The position numbers were made by a program, and so were the translations under genes. Shown in pieces: positions 42,216 to 51,066 of a stretch of 64,000 nt of DNA; within the stretch, counting starts at the first letter, position 1, and every line of letters starts with the position of its first letter. Source of the DNA: an uncultured SAR86 cluster bacterium (GTDB lineage Bacteria > Pseudomonadota > Gammaproteobacteria > Magnimaribacterales > D2472); assembly GCA_902583575.1 (NCBI GenBank), contig CACHWY010000005.1, forward strand, positions 16,564-80,563, written 5' to 3'. The notes below the pieces were generated by a model, which was not told where the DNA came from, searched no databases, and was given only the letters and a program-made list of their open reading frames with translations.

Positions 42216-42959
42216 TTAATTTCTAATAACCTTCAGGTATTTTAAAATTGTATCTTCATAACCATACAATAGTGAATCTACAATTATCGCATGTCCAATA
42301 GATACTTCATTAATATTACCTATTTTAACCAAATAATGAAGATTATTTAAATTTAGATCATGTCCTGCATTAATTAGAAGATTATGATTAGAAGCAAAAT
42401 CAATCATTTCTTGAATGTTTGAAATAATACTCTCATCATTATTTGAGATTGACTTAGCAAATTGACCTGTATGAATTTCAATTAAATCAACATTTAATTT
42501 AGATGCATATTCTATTCCTTTTATATCATCAATAAACAAACTAATTTTAGAGTTATTTGAACTAGATCTAATTAATTCGATAGTATTAATTAATTCTTGA
42601 TCATGAGCTCCAGAATGCCATCCATGGTCAGATGTTATTTGATTTATCCCATCAGGTACTAAGGTAACTTGATCAGGTTTTATGATATCAACCAATTCAT
42701 AAAAACCTTTAAAATTATTATTTGATTTTGAAAATGGATTGCCCTCTATATTAAACTCAACCCCCCTCTCTTTGCATAGTTTAGATATTTCTATCGCATC
42801 ATCACTTGTTGCATGACGGTGATCAGGCCTTGGATGGAGTGTTAATCCATTGACACCTAAATCAATTGCTTTAATGGCAAAATAGCTTAACTCAGGATAG
42901 TTTTCACCCCTAGCATTTCTAAGTAATGCAATTTTATTTAAATTAACGCTTAGTTTCAT
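42216..42959 (-). CDS. pdxJ: pyridoxine 5'-phosphate synthase
   Basis: Shows LSVNLNKIALLRNARG, LHPRPDHRH, EGNP, IEIHTG and NAGHDLN. Confidence 0.93.
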   Translation of the reverse strand: MKLSVNLNKIALLRNARGENYPELSYFAIKAIDLGVNGLTLHPRPDHRHATSDDAIEISKLCKERGVEFNIEGNPFSKSNNNFKGFYELVDIIKPDQVTLVPDGINQITSDHGWHSGAHDQELINTIELIRSSSNNSKISLFIDDIKGIEYASKLNVDLIEIHTGQFAKSISNNDESIISNIQEMIDFASNHNLLINAGHDLNLNNLHYLVKIGNINEVSIGHAIIVDSLLYGYEDTILKYLKVIRN

Positions 42960-42974
42960 TTTTGTATTATATAT

Positions 42975-43736
42975 TTATCTATACAAGTCATCTTCACTAT
43001 TAACAATGAGATTGAATGCATCATTAACCTCATATTGATTTTTAGCAAATCCCTTTATTAAAATTATTGGTTTCATTTCATCACTTTGTCCCATTAAAAT
43101 TCCAGCAGCTGATGCAATTTCATCTGCAACTGCAATTTCTGTATGTTTTAGTGATTTTCCATAAATATCTGTTGTGCCAGATAAATTTATCAAACTTTGA
43201 ATATTACTACTTGCCAATGCAAAATTTGTTACTCCAAGCCTATAAGGTCGTGTCATAGAATCAGAAATAATTATTGATATATTTTTATTTAATTTTTTTG
43301 ATAATCCTTTCTGTATTTCTCTTGCACTTTTTGAAGGATTTATTGGTAATAATAATGCTAAGTTTTTATCATCGGGAATATTTGAAAAATCAACTCCAGC
43401 ATTTACATTTATATATCCCAAATTATGCTCAACAATCAAAACACCCTTTTCAATTGAAATAATTTTTTTTGACTCATTTAATACACATTGAATTAACCCA
43501 GGATGTCTCTTTAATTTAGTAGCAAGATCTTGTGCTTCATTTGATATTTTAATTTTATTTATATCAATATATCTATCTTCAGATTTAGAAATTATTTTTT
43601 GGGCAATAACAAATACATCATTTTCATGAACATCTTGGTTATTTTCCTTTAGGCTATTACATATAATATCAATAAGGTTATCGCCAGGCTCAATAAAGGG
43701 TATATTCTTTAAAGCTGTAAGTTGAATTGTACTCAT
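42975..43736 (-). CDS. CofE-like protein (F420-0:gamma-glutamyl ligase family)
   Basis: 253 aa. By eye it aligns along its whole length with archaeal CofE: PGDNL, NDVFVIAQKIISKSEDR, NVNAGVDFSN, LLPINPSKSA, IIISDSMTRPYRLG, VADEIASAAGILMGQ. Confidence 0.72.
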   Translation of the reverse strand: MSTIQLTALKNIPFIEPGDNLIDIICNSLKENNQDVHENDVFVIAQKIISKSEDRYIDINKIKISNEAQDLATKLKRHPGLIQCVLNESKKIISIEKGVLIVEHNLGYINVNAGVDFSNIPDDKNLALLLPINPSKSAREIQKGLSKKLNKNISIIISDSMTRPYRLGVTNFALASSNIQSLINLSGTTDIYGKSLKHTEIAVADEIASAAGILMGQSDEMKPIILIKGFAKNQYEVNDAFNLIVNSEDDLYR

Positions 43737-43752
43737 TTTTGATATTTACTAT

Positions 43753-44181
43753 TTAAATAAATGGATCATAAGCCCACTGTAGTAAAGCTTGTCTTTGTTT
43801 TATTCTTTTGTGATATTGACCTGGACAATGTTTTCTAATTGCTCCAGCATGTCTTGGTCCAAAATTGTTATGTCGTTTAATTTGAAATATATCAACATCA
43901 GGAATACGTCTACCCATATGATATCTGCAATACCATTGAAACCATCCTAAAGGATCATCACTAGTAATCCACCCTTTTGATATCCATATCTCCATCGATT
44001 GACCTGATGCCACACCAAACTTATTTAAGTTAACATTAAATCCATCTTTAGATAATTTTGCATTCTTAAACCATTCTGCAGGGAACTCTTTAATATCATC
44101 TTCGGTTTTAAAATACCAACCACCAAATACACCCAATTCAAGCATTTCTTTTGGTGATAATTGAGGTTTAAATTCCAGCAT
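43753..44181 (-). CDS. conserved hypothetical protein
   Basis: A 142-aa soluble protein with the distinctive motif [18 protein letters not shown] believe I have seen it in marine bacterial and phage hypothetical proteins, but I cannot name a family. It lies 16 nt upstream of the cofE-like gene. Confidence 0.6.
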   Translation of the reverse strand: MLEFKPQLSPKEMLELGVFGGWYFKTEDDIKEFPAEWFKNAKLSKDGFNVNLNKFGVASGQSMEIWISKGWITSDDPLGWFQWYCRYHMGRRIPDVDIFQIKRHNNFGPRHAGAIRKHCPGQYHKRIKQRQALLQWAYDPFI

Positions 44182-44273
44182 ATATATTAATAAATATTTT
44201 AATTAAACTAATAGATAATTTATACAATAACATATGTAAACAAAAATTAATTCATCATGTATACTTCAGAATT

Positions 44274-44444
44274 ATGGTAACAATTGATAAAAAATTACTT
44301 GAAATATTAGTATGCCCAGTATCAAAAAAATCTTTAAAATTAAAAGAGGAAACAAATGAGCTGGTATGCGAAGAATCAGGGCTGGCTTATCCAATAAAAG
44401 ATGGAATTCCTGTCATGTTGCCTGATGAAGCTCGTAAAATTTAA
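44274..44444 (+). CDS. Trm112/YcaR (UPF0434) family protein
   Basis: Not in the ORF track (56 aa). My translation is [56 protein letters not shown], which matches the LLxILVCPxxK...LAYPIxDGIPVMLxDEAR pattern of the family. Confidence 0.82.
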   Translation: MVTIDKKLLEILVCPVSKKSLKLKEETNELVCEESGLAYPIKDGIPVMLPDEARKI

Positions 44445-44449
44445 TAATC

Positions 44450-44526
44450 GCGCCCGTAGCTCAGCGGATTAGAGTACTTGGCTACGAACCAAGGGGTCGG
44501 GAGTTCAAATCTCTCCGGGCGCACCA
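44450..44526 (+). tRNA. tRNA-Arg (anticodon ACG)
   Basis: A 77-nt cloverleaf with acceptor GCGCCCG/CGGGCGC, anticodon stem CTTGG/CCAAG, loop CTACGAA, T-arm GGGAG-TTCAAAT-CTCTC and encoded CCA. It closely resembles E. coli tRNA-Arg(ACG). Confidence 0.93.
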
Positions 44527-44527
44527 A

Positions 44528-44725
44528 CTAAAATAAATATATTAATAAATTACCAATAACTAATGACAGTACAAAATAGAGTTTCCAGTTCCATTTATGT
44601 TCATCTGTACCAAGATTACTATCATAGAAAAATTTATTATCTATTAAGTACCAGGGTAATGCTCCAATAGGTATTATTATTGCACCTACTAATAATGCTA
44701 AAAATTGTGTATATAAAAATTCCAT
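44528..44725 (-). CDS. small 2-TM membrane protein, hypothetical
   Basis: 65 aa with two hydrophobic segments, 5 nt downstream of the MBL gene. An open frame this long is unlikely by chance in such AT-rich DNA. Confidence 0.45.
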   Translation of the reverse strand: MEFLYTQFLALLVGAIIIPIGALPWYLIDNKFFYDSNLGTDEHKWNWKLYFVLSLVIGNLLIYLF

Positions 44726-44730
44726 AAAGT

Positions 44731-45636
44731 TTACTCTAAAACCATTAAATCTTTAGCGATGATAGCTTGACCATTAAAATTTTTACTAACATCTTTTAAT
44801 AGTGACTCTTCCGATGCGCCCCAAAATAGTATGTGAGATAAAACTAGTTTTTTGGGTTGAAGCTCATCTGCAATTATCCCAAGATCTATTGATGAGGTAT
44901 GATGTGCTTGATGATATATCTGCCAATCTTTAGTTTTATTTACAAATGTCTCACTAGAAAAAACTTCGTGAACAAGAATATCTAAATTTTTGCCATATTT
45001 TATCAAGTTATTACTAACTGCTGTATCTCCTGAAAATAATATTCTTTTATCATCTGTAATAAATAAAAAACCAAATGAATTTTTAAAATCACCATGAGCA
45101 TTTTTAAATGCAATTACTTCAATATTATTATCTTTAAATATAGTTCCATCATCTGATATTTCAGTTACATTTGTTGTAAAACCTAGCTCATTAGCTGGTT
45201 GGGATCCATAAAGTCTATAATTGATATCGTCTATATAAGCCTCTGTAATGTTTTCTGACATTGCTTTTAAACCTACAGGTCCATAAAGATTGAGAGGTTC
45301 ATCTCTGCCCATAATCCATGGTGTAAGAATTAAATCTGCTAATGCTCCACTATGATCAGAGTGAATGTGGGTTAAAAATGCTGTATTTATATTTTCTAGC
45401 TCCATAGAGGGAAATTCACCTCCCCATGTTGGTGACATTGCTGAAATCCTTCTTACAATTCCAGGACCAAAGTCAATAATATATGCTTGATCATTTACAA
45501 CAACAGCATAACCAGAACCATATCTTTCTGGATCAGGATTTGGAGTACCTGATCCAAGAATAATTAACTTTGTTTCACTACTTAGAAAAGATGCAAAAAA
45601 GATTATTGAAATAATAATAAACCTAATCATATACAT
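44731..45636 (-). CDS. secreted metallo-beta-lactamase-fold hydrolase
   Basis: Has a signal peptide, LGSGTPNP, the metal motif THIHSDHSG, and later H/D ligands (NAHGD, SGDT, VHE, SH). Confidence 0.8.
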   Translation of the reverse strand: MYMIRFIIISIIFFASFLSSETKLIILGSGTPNPDPERYGSGYAVVVNDQAYIIDFGPGIVRRISAMSPTWGGEFPSMELENINTAFLTHIHSDHSGALADLILTPWIMGRDEPLNLYGPVGLKAMSENITEAYIDDINYRLYGSQPANELGFTTNVTEISDDGTIFKDNNIEVIAFKNAHGDFKNSFGFLFITDDKRILFSGDTAVSNNLIKYGKNLDILVHEVFSSETFVNKTKDWQIYHQAHHTSSIDLGIIADELQPKKLVLSHILFWGASEESLLKDVSKNFNGQAIIAKDLMVLE

Positions 45637-46589
45637 TAAATAAATAAATTAGAAAACCTTACTATAACCCAATAAAAGCCCATAGAGCCAATTGCATAAG
45701 ATACTGTATTTGCTGTGGACGAATAATAATTTAATCTATAAGCAATCCAAATTAATATAGAAAATATAGGTATTAAAATTAACTGTCCTAATTCAATCCC
45801 AATATTAAAAAATAATAATGATAAAAATATGTTTTCATTAGATATGCCTATATCCGTCAATGCTCCAGCGAAGCCCATTCCATGCAATAATCCAAATCCA
45901 AATGCTAATCCCCATGGGGTAAAATCTATTTTTTTTGAATCATTAATTTCTAATGCAAGATAAACTATTGTTAAAGCAATAAGAATTTCTACAGTTGCTT
46001 GAGGCAGACTTATTATATTCAAGACAGTTAATCCCAAGGTAATACTATGAGCTAAAGTAAATGCAGTAATTGTTTTTATAATATTCCATGTACCTCTTAC
46101 TAAGAAAATTAGTCCTAATATAAATAAAATATGATCTATGCCATTTAATAAATGATCTACTCCTAAATATAAATATGTTGTTGGATAATATGATACTTCA
46201 TCAGGAATAATAATTATTGGTTCTTTATTATTAACAAGTCCTTCATAAGTTGAGCTATTTGCATAATTAACTGTAATTAAAGCGTCTGTTAATACACTTA
46301 AATTTATTATTTCTATCGACTTACCTTTTAATGAGGTATTACAATCTAGTGTAATTTTTTCAACAATATACTTTCCGTCAACAAGCGGACTTGTGCCTTG
46401 TATATCACATATATCAGGAAATATAACATTCCCTCTAATACCAATATTTTTTACAGGATATAACCATGTAGCCTCATAAAGATTTTCATTAATAGATGAC
46501 TGGTCAATAATGAGATGGGCTGGATTGAATTCATGACTATGAATATTAATTGAAAAAATAAATAATATTATCTTACATAGGTACTTCAT
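45636..46589 (-). CDS. HupE/UreJ-family membrane protein with N-terminal periplasmic domain
   Basis: Has a signal peptide, then a mature N-terminus of roughly HEFNPAH, then about 130 aa of extracytoplasmic sequence. The membrane core follows, with LGVDHLLNGIDHILFILGL and HG..FAGAL. Confidence 0.68.
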   Translation of the reverse strand: MKYLCKIILFIFSINIHSHEFNPAHLIIDQSSINENLYEATWLYPVKNIGIRGNVIFPDICDIQGTSPLVDGKYIVEKITLDCNTSLKGKSIEIINLSVLTDALITVNYANSSTYEGLVNNKEPIIIIPDEVSYYPTTYLYLGVDHLLNGIDHILFILGLIFLVRGTWNIIKTITAFTLAHSITLGLTVLNIISLPQATVEILIALTIVYLALEINDSKKIDFTPWGLAFGFGLLHGMGFAGALTDIGISNENIFLSLLFFNIGIELGQLILIPIFSILIWIAYRLNYYSSTANTVSYAIGSMGFYWVIVRFSNLFI

Positions 46590-47389
46590 TCGATTTTAAA
46601 GTTTGGATTAATAATAATGTTATATTCAGCTCTAACATCCATAATATATTTTTCTAAAAGCTGCTCTTTTATATTATTTGCATAATCTAATTCAACTTGA
46701 GAAAAGATATCTTTAATATCAGGTAAGTAACCCTCTTGTTTGTCTACTATCTTTACAATATGGAAACCAAAAGAAGACTGAATTGGTTTTGACCATATAT
46801 CTGTCTGCATGATATTAAAATGATTCGAAAAATTCATACCAAAATCACGATCAATTTCATCTGAACTTTTGTAAGCAAAATTCTTTCCTAATAAGAATGG
46901 ATCAGATTTTGATAAAGTTGTTTTATTTACTAATTGTTCAAAAAAAACTTCTGCTCTTTTTTTTCCATTTTCTTCATTTGAAAAAAAATAATGAGTAAAA
47001 CTAAAAGTTGGATTTATATAATATAAATCTATATTAGATTCATAAAAATTTATAATCTCATCAATAGGTGGTTTTTCTAGGAATGTTTCTTGTTTTAAAA
47101 ACGTAATTTTTTGAGCAAGACGTCTTTTAATTATCCTATCATTTTCATCTAAACCAAGAGCAAGCGCTTCTCTGTATAATATTTCTTCTTGAATATAATC
47201 ATTAATGATATTAATTAATTCATTTTTATTAGGCTCTCTTCCTACTTGAGATTCCCAAGCAATAACTAGACTGTTTATTTCTTGGTCTGAGATATATATA
47301 TCTTTTGTATACTTATCATCATTATTAAGAATATCAATAAAATAAATTAATAATCCTAAAATTAAAAAAATGGTTATTTTCTTTTTCAA
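46586..47389 (-). CDS. membrane-anchored PpiC/parvulin-type peptidyl-prolyl isomerase-like protein
   Basis: Has an N-terminal TM segment, a SurA/PpiD-like helical region (EEILYREALALGLDENDRIIKRRL) and the parvulin remnant SSFGFHIVKIV. Confidence 0.68.
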   Translation of the reverse strand: MKKKITIFLILGLLIYFIDILNNDDKYTKDIYISDQEINSLVIAWESQVGREPNKNELINIINDYIQEEILYREALALGLDENDRIIKRRLAQKITFLKQETFLEKPPIDEIINFYESNIDLYYINPTFSFTHYFFSNEENGKKRAEVFFEQLVNKTTLSKSDPFLLGKNFAYKSSDEIDRDFGMNFSNHFNIMQTDIWSKPIQSSFGFHIVKIVDKQEGYLPDIKDIFSQVELDYANNIKEQLLEKYIMDVRAEYNIIINPNFKIE

Positions 47390-47408
47390 TTATTCTTAGA
47401 AAAATTAC

Positions 47409-49559
47409 TTAATCAAAATTTCTTAGCTCTACCGTTCCGCCTAATGGTATAACATCAATATCTTCATATGCAGGTATATACCATATTGGTGAAGACCAAG
47501 CTCTTTCTTGTATTGTTTCATGTAAGTCTTCTCTGGGTTTATAACCTGCTTTAATAGCATCCCAAGTTGACCACCTGCAAGTTGGGTTTTCTAGAACTCT
47601 TACATAATAAAAAGACTTTTGTGAAGGATCAAAATCAGGATCTTCCCAAAGAGTCTTTAATTCTGATGCTCCAACATTTTTAGATATTGAACAGTCATTG
47701 ATATTTACTCTAGCCCCGTTATCAGGACATCTATTAGTAATAGGATCAACTTCTAAACCATCAGAACACGCTACATCATAAATTTTTTCACTAGGTCTTC
47801 CGCTATTCATATTCATTTGACCTTTAATTATTTGAATACGTTGTAATGGCGCACTATTTTTATCTTGCTGTGCCCAAATAATGAATTGTGGATGTCTTTT
47901 ATCTTCATTATGTAATAATTCTGATCCCATGGTTACGCCACTCTCATAAGCTTCTGAAATTAATGAATCTGAATCTAAATCTATTTTTTCTAAGTTATAT
48001 CCAGCAAAAAATCTTACAGCCATTCTTGTACCAGTGGTTGCAAATGTTTCTTTGCGTTTAAATGCATTAAAAATTGAATCTCTTGAATTTTCTTCTGACC
48101 AAACTGCAGCCAGTCCAGATGCTCCCCATTGAGTAAAACCAGTATTTGCATATTCACCTTGTTCAAGAGTTTTTGTTGAGTCTGGTTGATTAAAAGCTTG
48201 CATATATTCTTCCAGCCTACCAATATTTTCTTCAGATAGTGGAACGGTGCCTCTATTTTCTGCAGTTCCATCTAAAACGCCTACTTTCATCCAAAAATCA
48301 GATTCATCAAAAGATGCTGCAGCAACATGGGTATCACTTGATCCTATTAAACCAAATTTATAAGGATTACCCTGTAACATAAATTCGAGGGTTAGTCCTC
48401 TTAAATATGCATCTCTTACATAACTTCCTGCAGGCATACTGTATGTTGGCGGTCTACTTCCAACTCTTCTATCCATAATTTCAAAATCAGCCCATTCATC
48501 ATCTGGTGATAAAAGCGGATGAGTATCTGAAGTTCCCTTAACTTGAGTTATCTCGACAATAGGTTCATTTCTCATTCTTTTTTCTGCATATTCTCTATCT
48601 AGAGCTTCTCCATAAAAACTTTCAACTTCAAACATTTGTCCGTTTGATCCATTGCTGTTATGAGGAATGGCAACAGAATCCACACCTTTTGCTCTTAAAT
48701 GATCTTGCCAAGTCCATAAATCTTCAGGATTTATAGAGTCAATTCTAGTCCATGGTCTAATTGGACCTTTTGATGAATTAAAAATAACATTTCTATGTAA
48801 ATTTCCACCCTCAACATCAGATGAAGTTGTATATTCATATCCAAGAAATGTAGTAAATGTACCTGGATCATTATGCTCCTCTGCAGCTCTTGCTACATCA
48901 GCCCATGCAGATTTATGAATACGATCATCAAATGCTCTTAATGCAAATTGTGTATGATTATTAAAATAAGCTTTTATTACTTTTGGATGCCAAAGTGGGT
49001 ATGGGTCAATAATTGCTGCTGCCAATATTGAACTAAAAATATTAGATCTTTGGCCTGCTGATTCTACTGTTACATTTTCTGGGTCATTTAAATTATGAAA
49101 AGCTTTAGTAAATTCATAATTAGACATCTTGCCTGATGGATCAGCATATTCTTGCATCATCCCCATAAAAAAACCATGATCTGTTACTGCATAAAAATCT
49201 AATGGCTCATCATTCTTCATATCAAAACCTAAAGGGTGTTTAATTGTTTTTCCCTTAGCCCAGCTGTATGCATCATCAGGAGATGCTGTTACACCAAAAA
49301 TGTAAGCATCAAAAGAATGTTTGGTGTGAACATGCAAATCGCCATAATATGCATTACGATCTTTATTAGATGAAATAGGTGTTTTTTTCTTATCGGTTTC
49401 ATCTAAGGCATAATCTATGACCTCTAGTGATGAATTAGATTGAAAAAGTTTGAATAAACTTATAATTGGTCTTTTCTCTTCAAGATCTAAATAAATAAAG
49501 AATAAGGTTGTCACATATAAACCAACTACTAACAATGCAACATTTTTAATATATTTCAT
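47409..49559 (-). CDS. DUF3604-family protein (PHP-like metal-dependent hydrolase fold), membrane-anchored
   Basis: 716 aa with an N-terminal anchor and YYGDLHVHTKHSFDAY, AVTDH, IPHNSN, GSSDTH, and a C-terminal ERAWSSPIWY. This pattern matches my recollection of DUF3604. Confidence 0.74.
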   Translation of the reverse strand: MKYIKNVALLVVGLYVTTLFFIYLDLEEKRPIISLFKLFQSNSSLEVIDYALDETDKKKTPISSNKDRNAYYGDLHVHTKHSFDAYIFGVTASPDDAYSWAKGKTIKHPLGFDMKNDEPLDFYAVTDHGFFMGMMQEYADPSGKMSNYEFTKAFHNLNDPENVTVESAGQRSNIFSSILAAAIIDPYPLWHPKVIKAYFNNHTQFALRAFDDRIHKSAWADVARAAEEHNDPGTFTTFLGYEYTTSSDVEGGNLHRNVIFNSSKGPIRPWTRIDSINPEDLWTWQDHLRAKGVDSVAIPHNSNGSNGQMFEVESFYGEALDREYAEKRMRNEPIVEITQVKGTSDTHPLLSPDDEWADFEIMDRRVGSRPPTYSMPAGSYVRDAYLRGLTLEFMLQGNPYKFGLIGSSDTHVAAASFDESDFWMKVGVLDGTAENRGTVPLSEENIGRLEEYMQAFNQPDSTKTLEQGEYANTGFTQWGASGLAAVWSEENSRDSIFNAFKRKETFATTGTRMAVRFFAGYNLEKIDLDSDSLISEAYESGVTMGSELLHNEDKRHPQFIIWAQQDKNSAPLQRIQIIKGQMNMNSGRPSEKIYDVACSDGLEVDPITNRCPDNGARVNINDCSISKNVGASELKTLWEDPDFDPSQKSFYYVRVLENPTCRWSTWDAIKAGYKPREDLHETIQERAWSSPIWYIPAYEDIDVIPLGGTVELRNFD

Positions 49560-49662
49560 TTTTGATCCCCTATTTCTATTATCTAATTATATATATTTAA
49601 CTTACTAATTGGACAATTTTTTGATAGATACTAACATATGCATTAATTTATAATTTAGATTA

Positions 49663-49739
49663 GCGCCTGTAGCTCAGTTGGACAGAGTACTTGGCTTCGA
49701 ACCAAGGGGTCGGGAGTTCGAATCTTCCCGGGCGCGCCA
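49663..49739 (+). tRNA. tRNA-Arg (anticodon TCG)
   Basis: A 77-nt cloverleaf with acceptor GCGCCTG/CGGGCGC, the same anticodon stem CTTGG/CCAAG as the ACG gene but loop CTTCGAA, and encoded CCA. A TATAAT at 49649..49654 lies 8 nt upstream. Confidence 0.9.
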
Positions 49740-49740
49740 T

Positions 49741-50139
49741 TTAATAATTTGAATTTGGCTGAACTTCTCCTCCATTATTAACCCATTCATCAAATCCACC
49801 TATATTAAATACATTATTAAATCCTAAATCTAATAAGCTTTTTGCAGCTAAAGCTGACCTATAACCGCCTGCACAATAAACTAGAATAATAGTGTCTTTA
49901 TTAATATTGCTAGGATTCTCTTGTGAATCTGGAGCTAATATAAATTCTATTAAGCCTCTTGGTATATGGATTGCATTTTTAATCATTCCATTTTGATTTA
50001 ATTCTGATTGCTCTCTAACATCTATAATTACTGCTCCATCTTCAATCTTTATACATGTTTCTTTATAAGATAATCGTCTAACTATCTTATTTGCTTCCTC
50101 AAGTAAGCTATTTAACGTATTAGTTTGCATGAACGTCAC
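49741..50139 (-). CDS. rhodanese-domain sulfurtransferase
   Basis: 132 aa with the active-site loop YCAGGYRS. Its start overlaps the end of the EamA gene. Confidence 0.85.
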   Translation of the reverse strand: MTFMQTNTLNSLLEEANKIVRRLSYKETCIKIEDGAVIIDVREQSELNQNGMIKNAIHIPRGLIEFILAPDSQENPSNINKDTIILVYCAGGYRSALAAKSLLDLGFNNVFNIGGFDEWVNNGGEVQPNSNY

Positions 50140-51001
50140 CTTTAAATTTTTTATTTTTATTAGATGTTGCTAAAAATACCCCAATTAGAATTGTCATACA
50201 ACCTACAATAATACTAATTGTAATAACCTCATCTAAAAAAATATAACCCCAGATAATACCAAATATTGGTAAGAAATATGCAACAGTTGAGGTTTTAACA
50301 GCTCCAATTTTATCAATCAATCTTACATAACCTAAGAATGCTAAACCTGTTGATATTATCCCTAACCATGCTACAGATAAAAATGCATCTATAGATGGCA
50401 TTGATTCGGGTAAATAAAATAATGTTAATGGGACCATAATTAAAGAACTATAAATAATTGACCAACCAATAAGGACTAATTTGTTAGTTTTAGCTGAATT
50501 TTTTTGAATAAATACAGTTGAAAATGAGTAACATAATGCGCCTATTAAACAAAATAATGCTGAAATTATTGAAGTTGATGAAGTTTGTGGGTTAACTAAG
50601 ATTACTATTCCAATAAATCCAAGAATTAGTCCAACCACTTGTTTAATTGATACATCTTCATTTAACCAAAAATATGCAATTACCATTGTATTAAATGCAG
50701 TAGTAGCATTTAAGATTGCAAGAATATTTGAATCTGCTCCCAGGCTAGCTAATGAAAACATTACAAAAGGTATAGCATTATTAGTAATTGCTAATATCAT
50801 TGAATATTTCCAAATTGGTTTTAAGAGTTGTAAATATTTTTTAGTTAATAGAACTGGTAAAAATATCAAAGAAGCTAAAATTAATCTTGTTTGCACTAAA
50901 GCTATTGGGCCAAATTCTGGTGTTGCAATCTTGATAAAAATAAATGCGCTACCCCAAATCGCGCCAAGAAAAATTAATAATGCCCAGTATCTTAATTCCA
51001 T
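50120..51001 (-). CDS. EamA/DMT-family transporter
   Basis: 293 aa with about 10 TM segments and the two-EamA-repeat architecture (LLIFLGAIWGSAFIFIK..). Confidence 0.85.
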   Translation of the reverse strand: MELRYWALLIFLGAIWGSAFIFIKIATPEFGPIALVQTRLILASLIFLPVLLTKKYLQLLKPIWKYSMILAITNNAIPFVMFSLASLGADSNILAILNATTAFNTMVIAYFWLNEDVSIKQVVGLILGFIGIVILVNPQTSSTSIISALFCLIGALCYSFSTVFIQKNSAKTNKLVLIGWSIIYSSLIMVPLTLFYLPESMPSIDAFLSVAWLGIISTGLAFLGYVRLIDKIGAVKTSTVAYFLPIFGIIWGYIFLDEVITISIIVGCMTILIGVFLATSNKNKKFKGDVHAN

Positions 51002-51012
51002 AATAAATAAAA

Positions 51013-51032
51013 ACCCCCAAAGGTTTGGGGGT
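51013..51032 (-). terminator. intrinsic terminator hairpin followed by a T-tract, ending 11 nt before the EamA ATG
   Basis: The minus strand reads AACCCCCAAACCTTTGGGGGTTTTTATTTATT-ATG. It has a stem with five G-C pairs followed by TTTTTATTTATT. It is the only strong GC hairpin I found in the window. Confidence 0.6.
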
Positions 51033-51039
51033 TAATAAA

Positions 51040-51066
51040 CTAGAAATAATTATATTATATTTCTAG
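51040..51066. repeat. inverted repeat, 9-bp stem with 9-nt loop
   Basis: CTAGAAATA (51040-51048) and TATTTCTAG (51058-51066) are exact reverse complements. An upstream ATTTCT copy on the minus strand could pair alternatively with AGAAAT. Confidence 0.5.

Noticed and set aside
42975-43736. Taking the CofE-like gene as evidence that the organism makes coenzyme F420.
   Set aside because: No other F420 gene is visible in the window. A single family member is insufficient, so I report it only as an orphan homologue.
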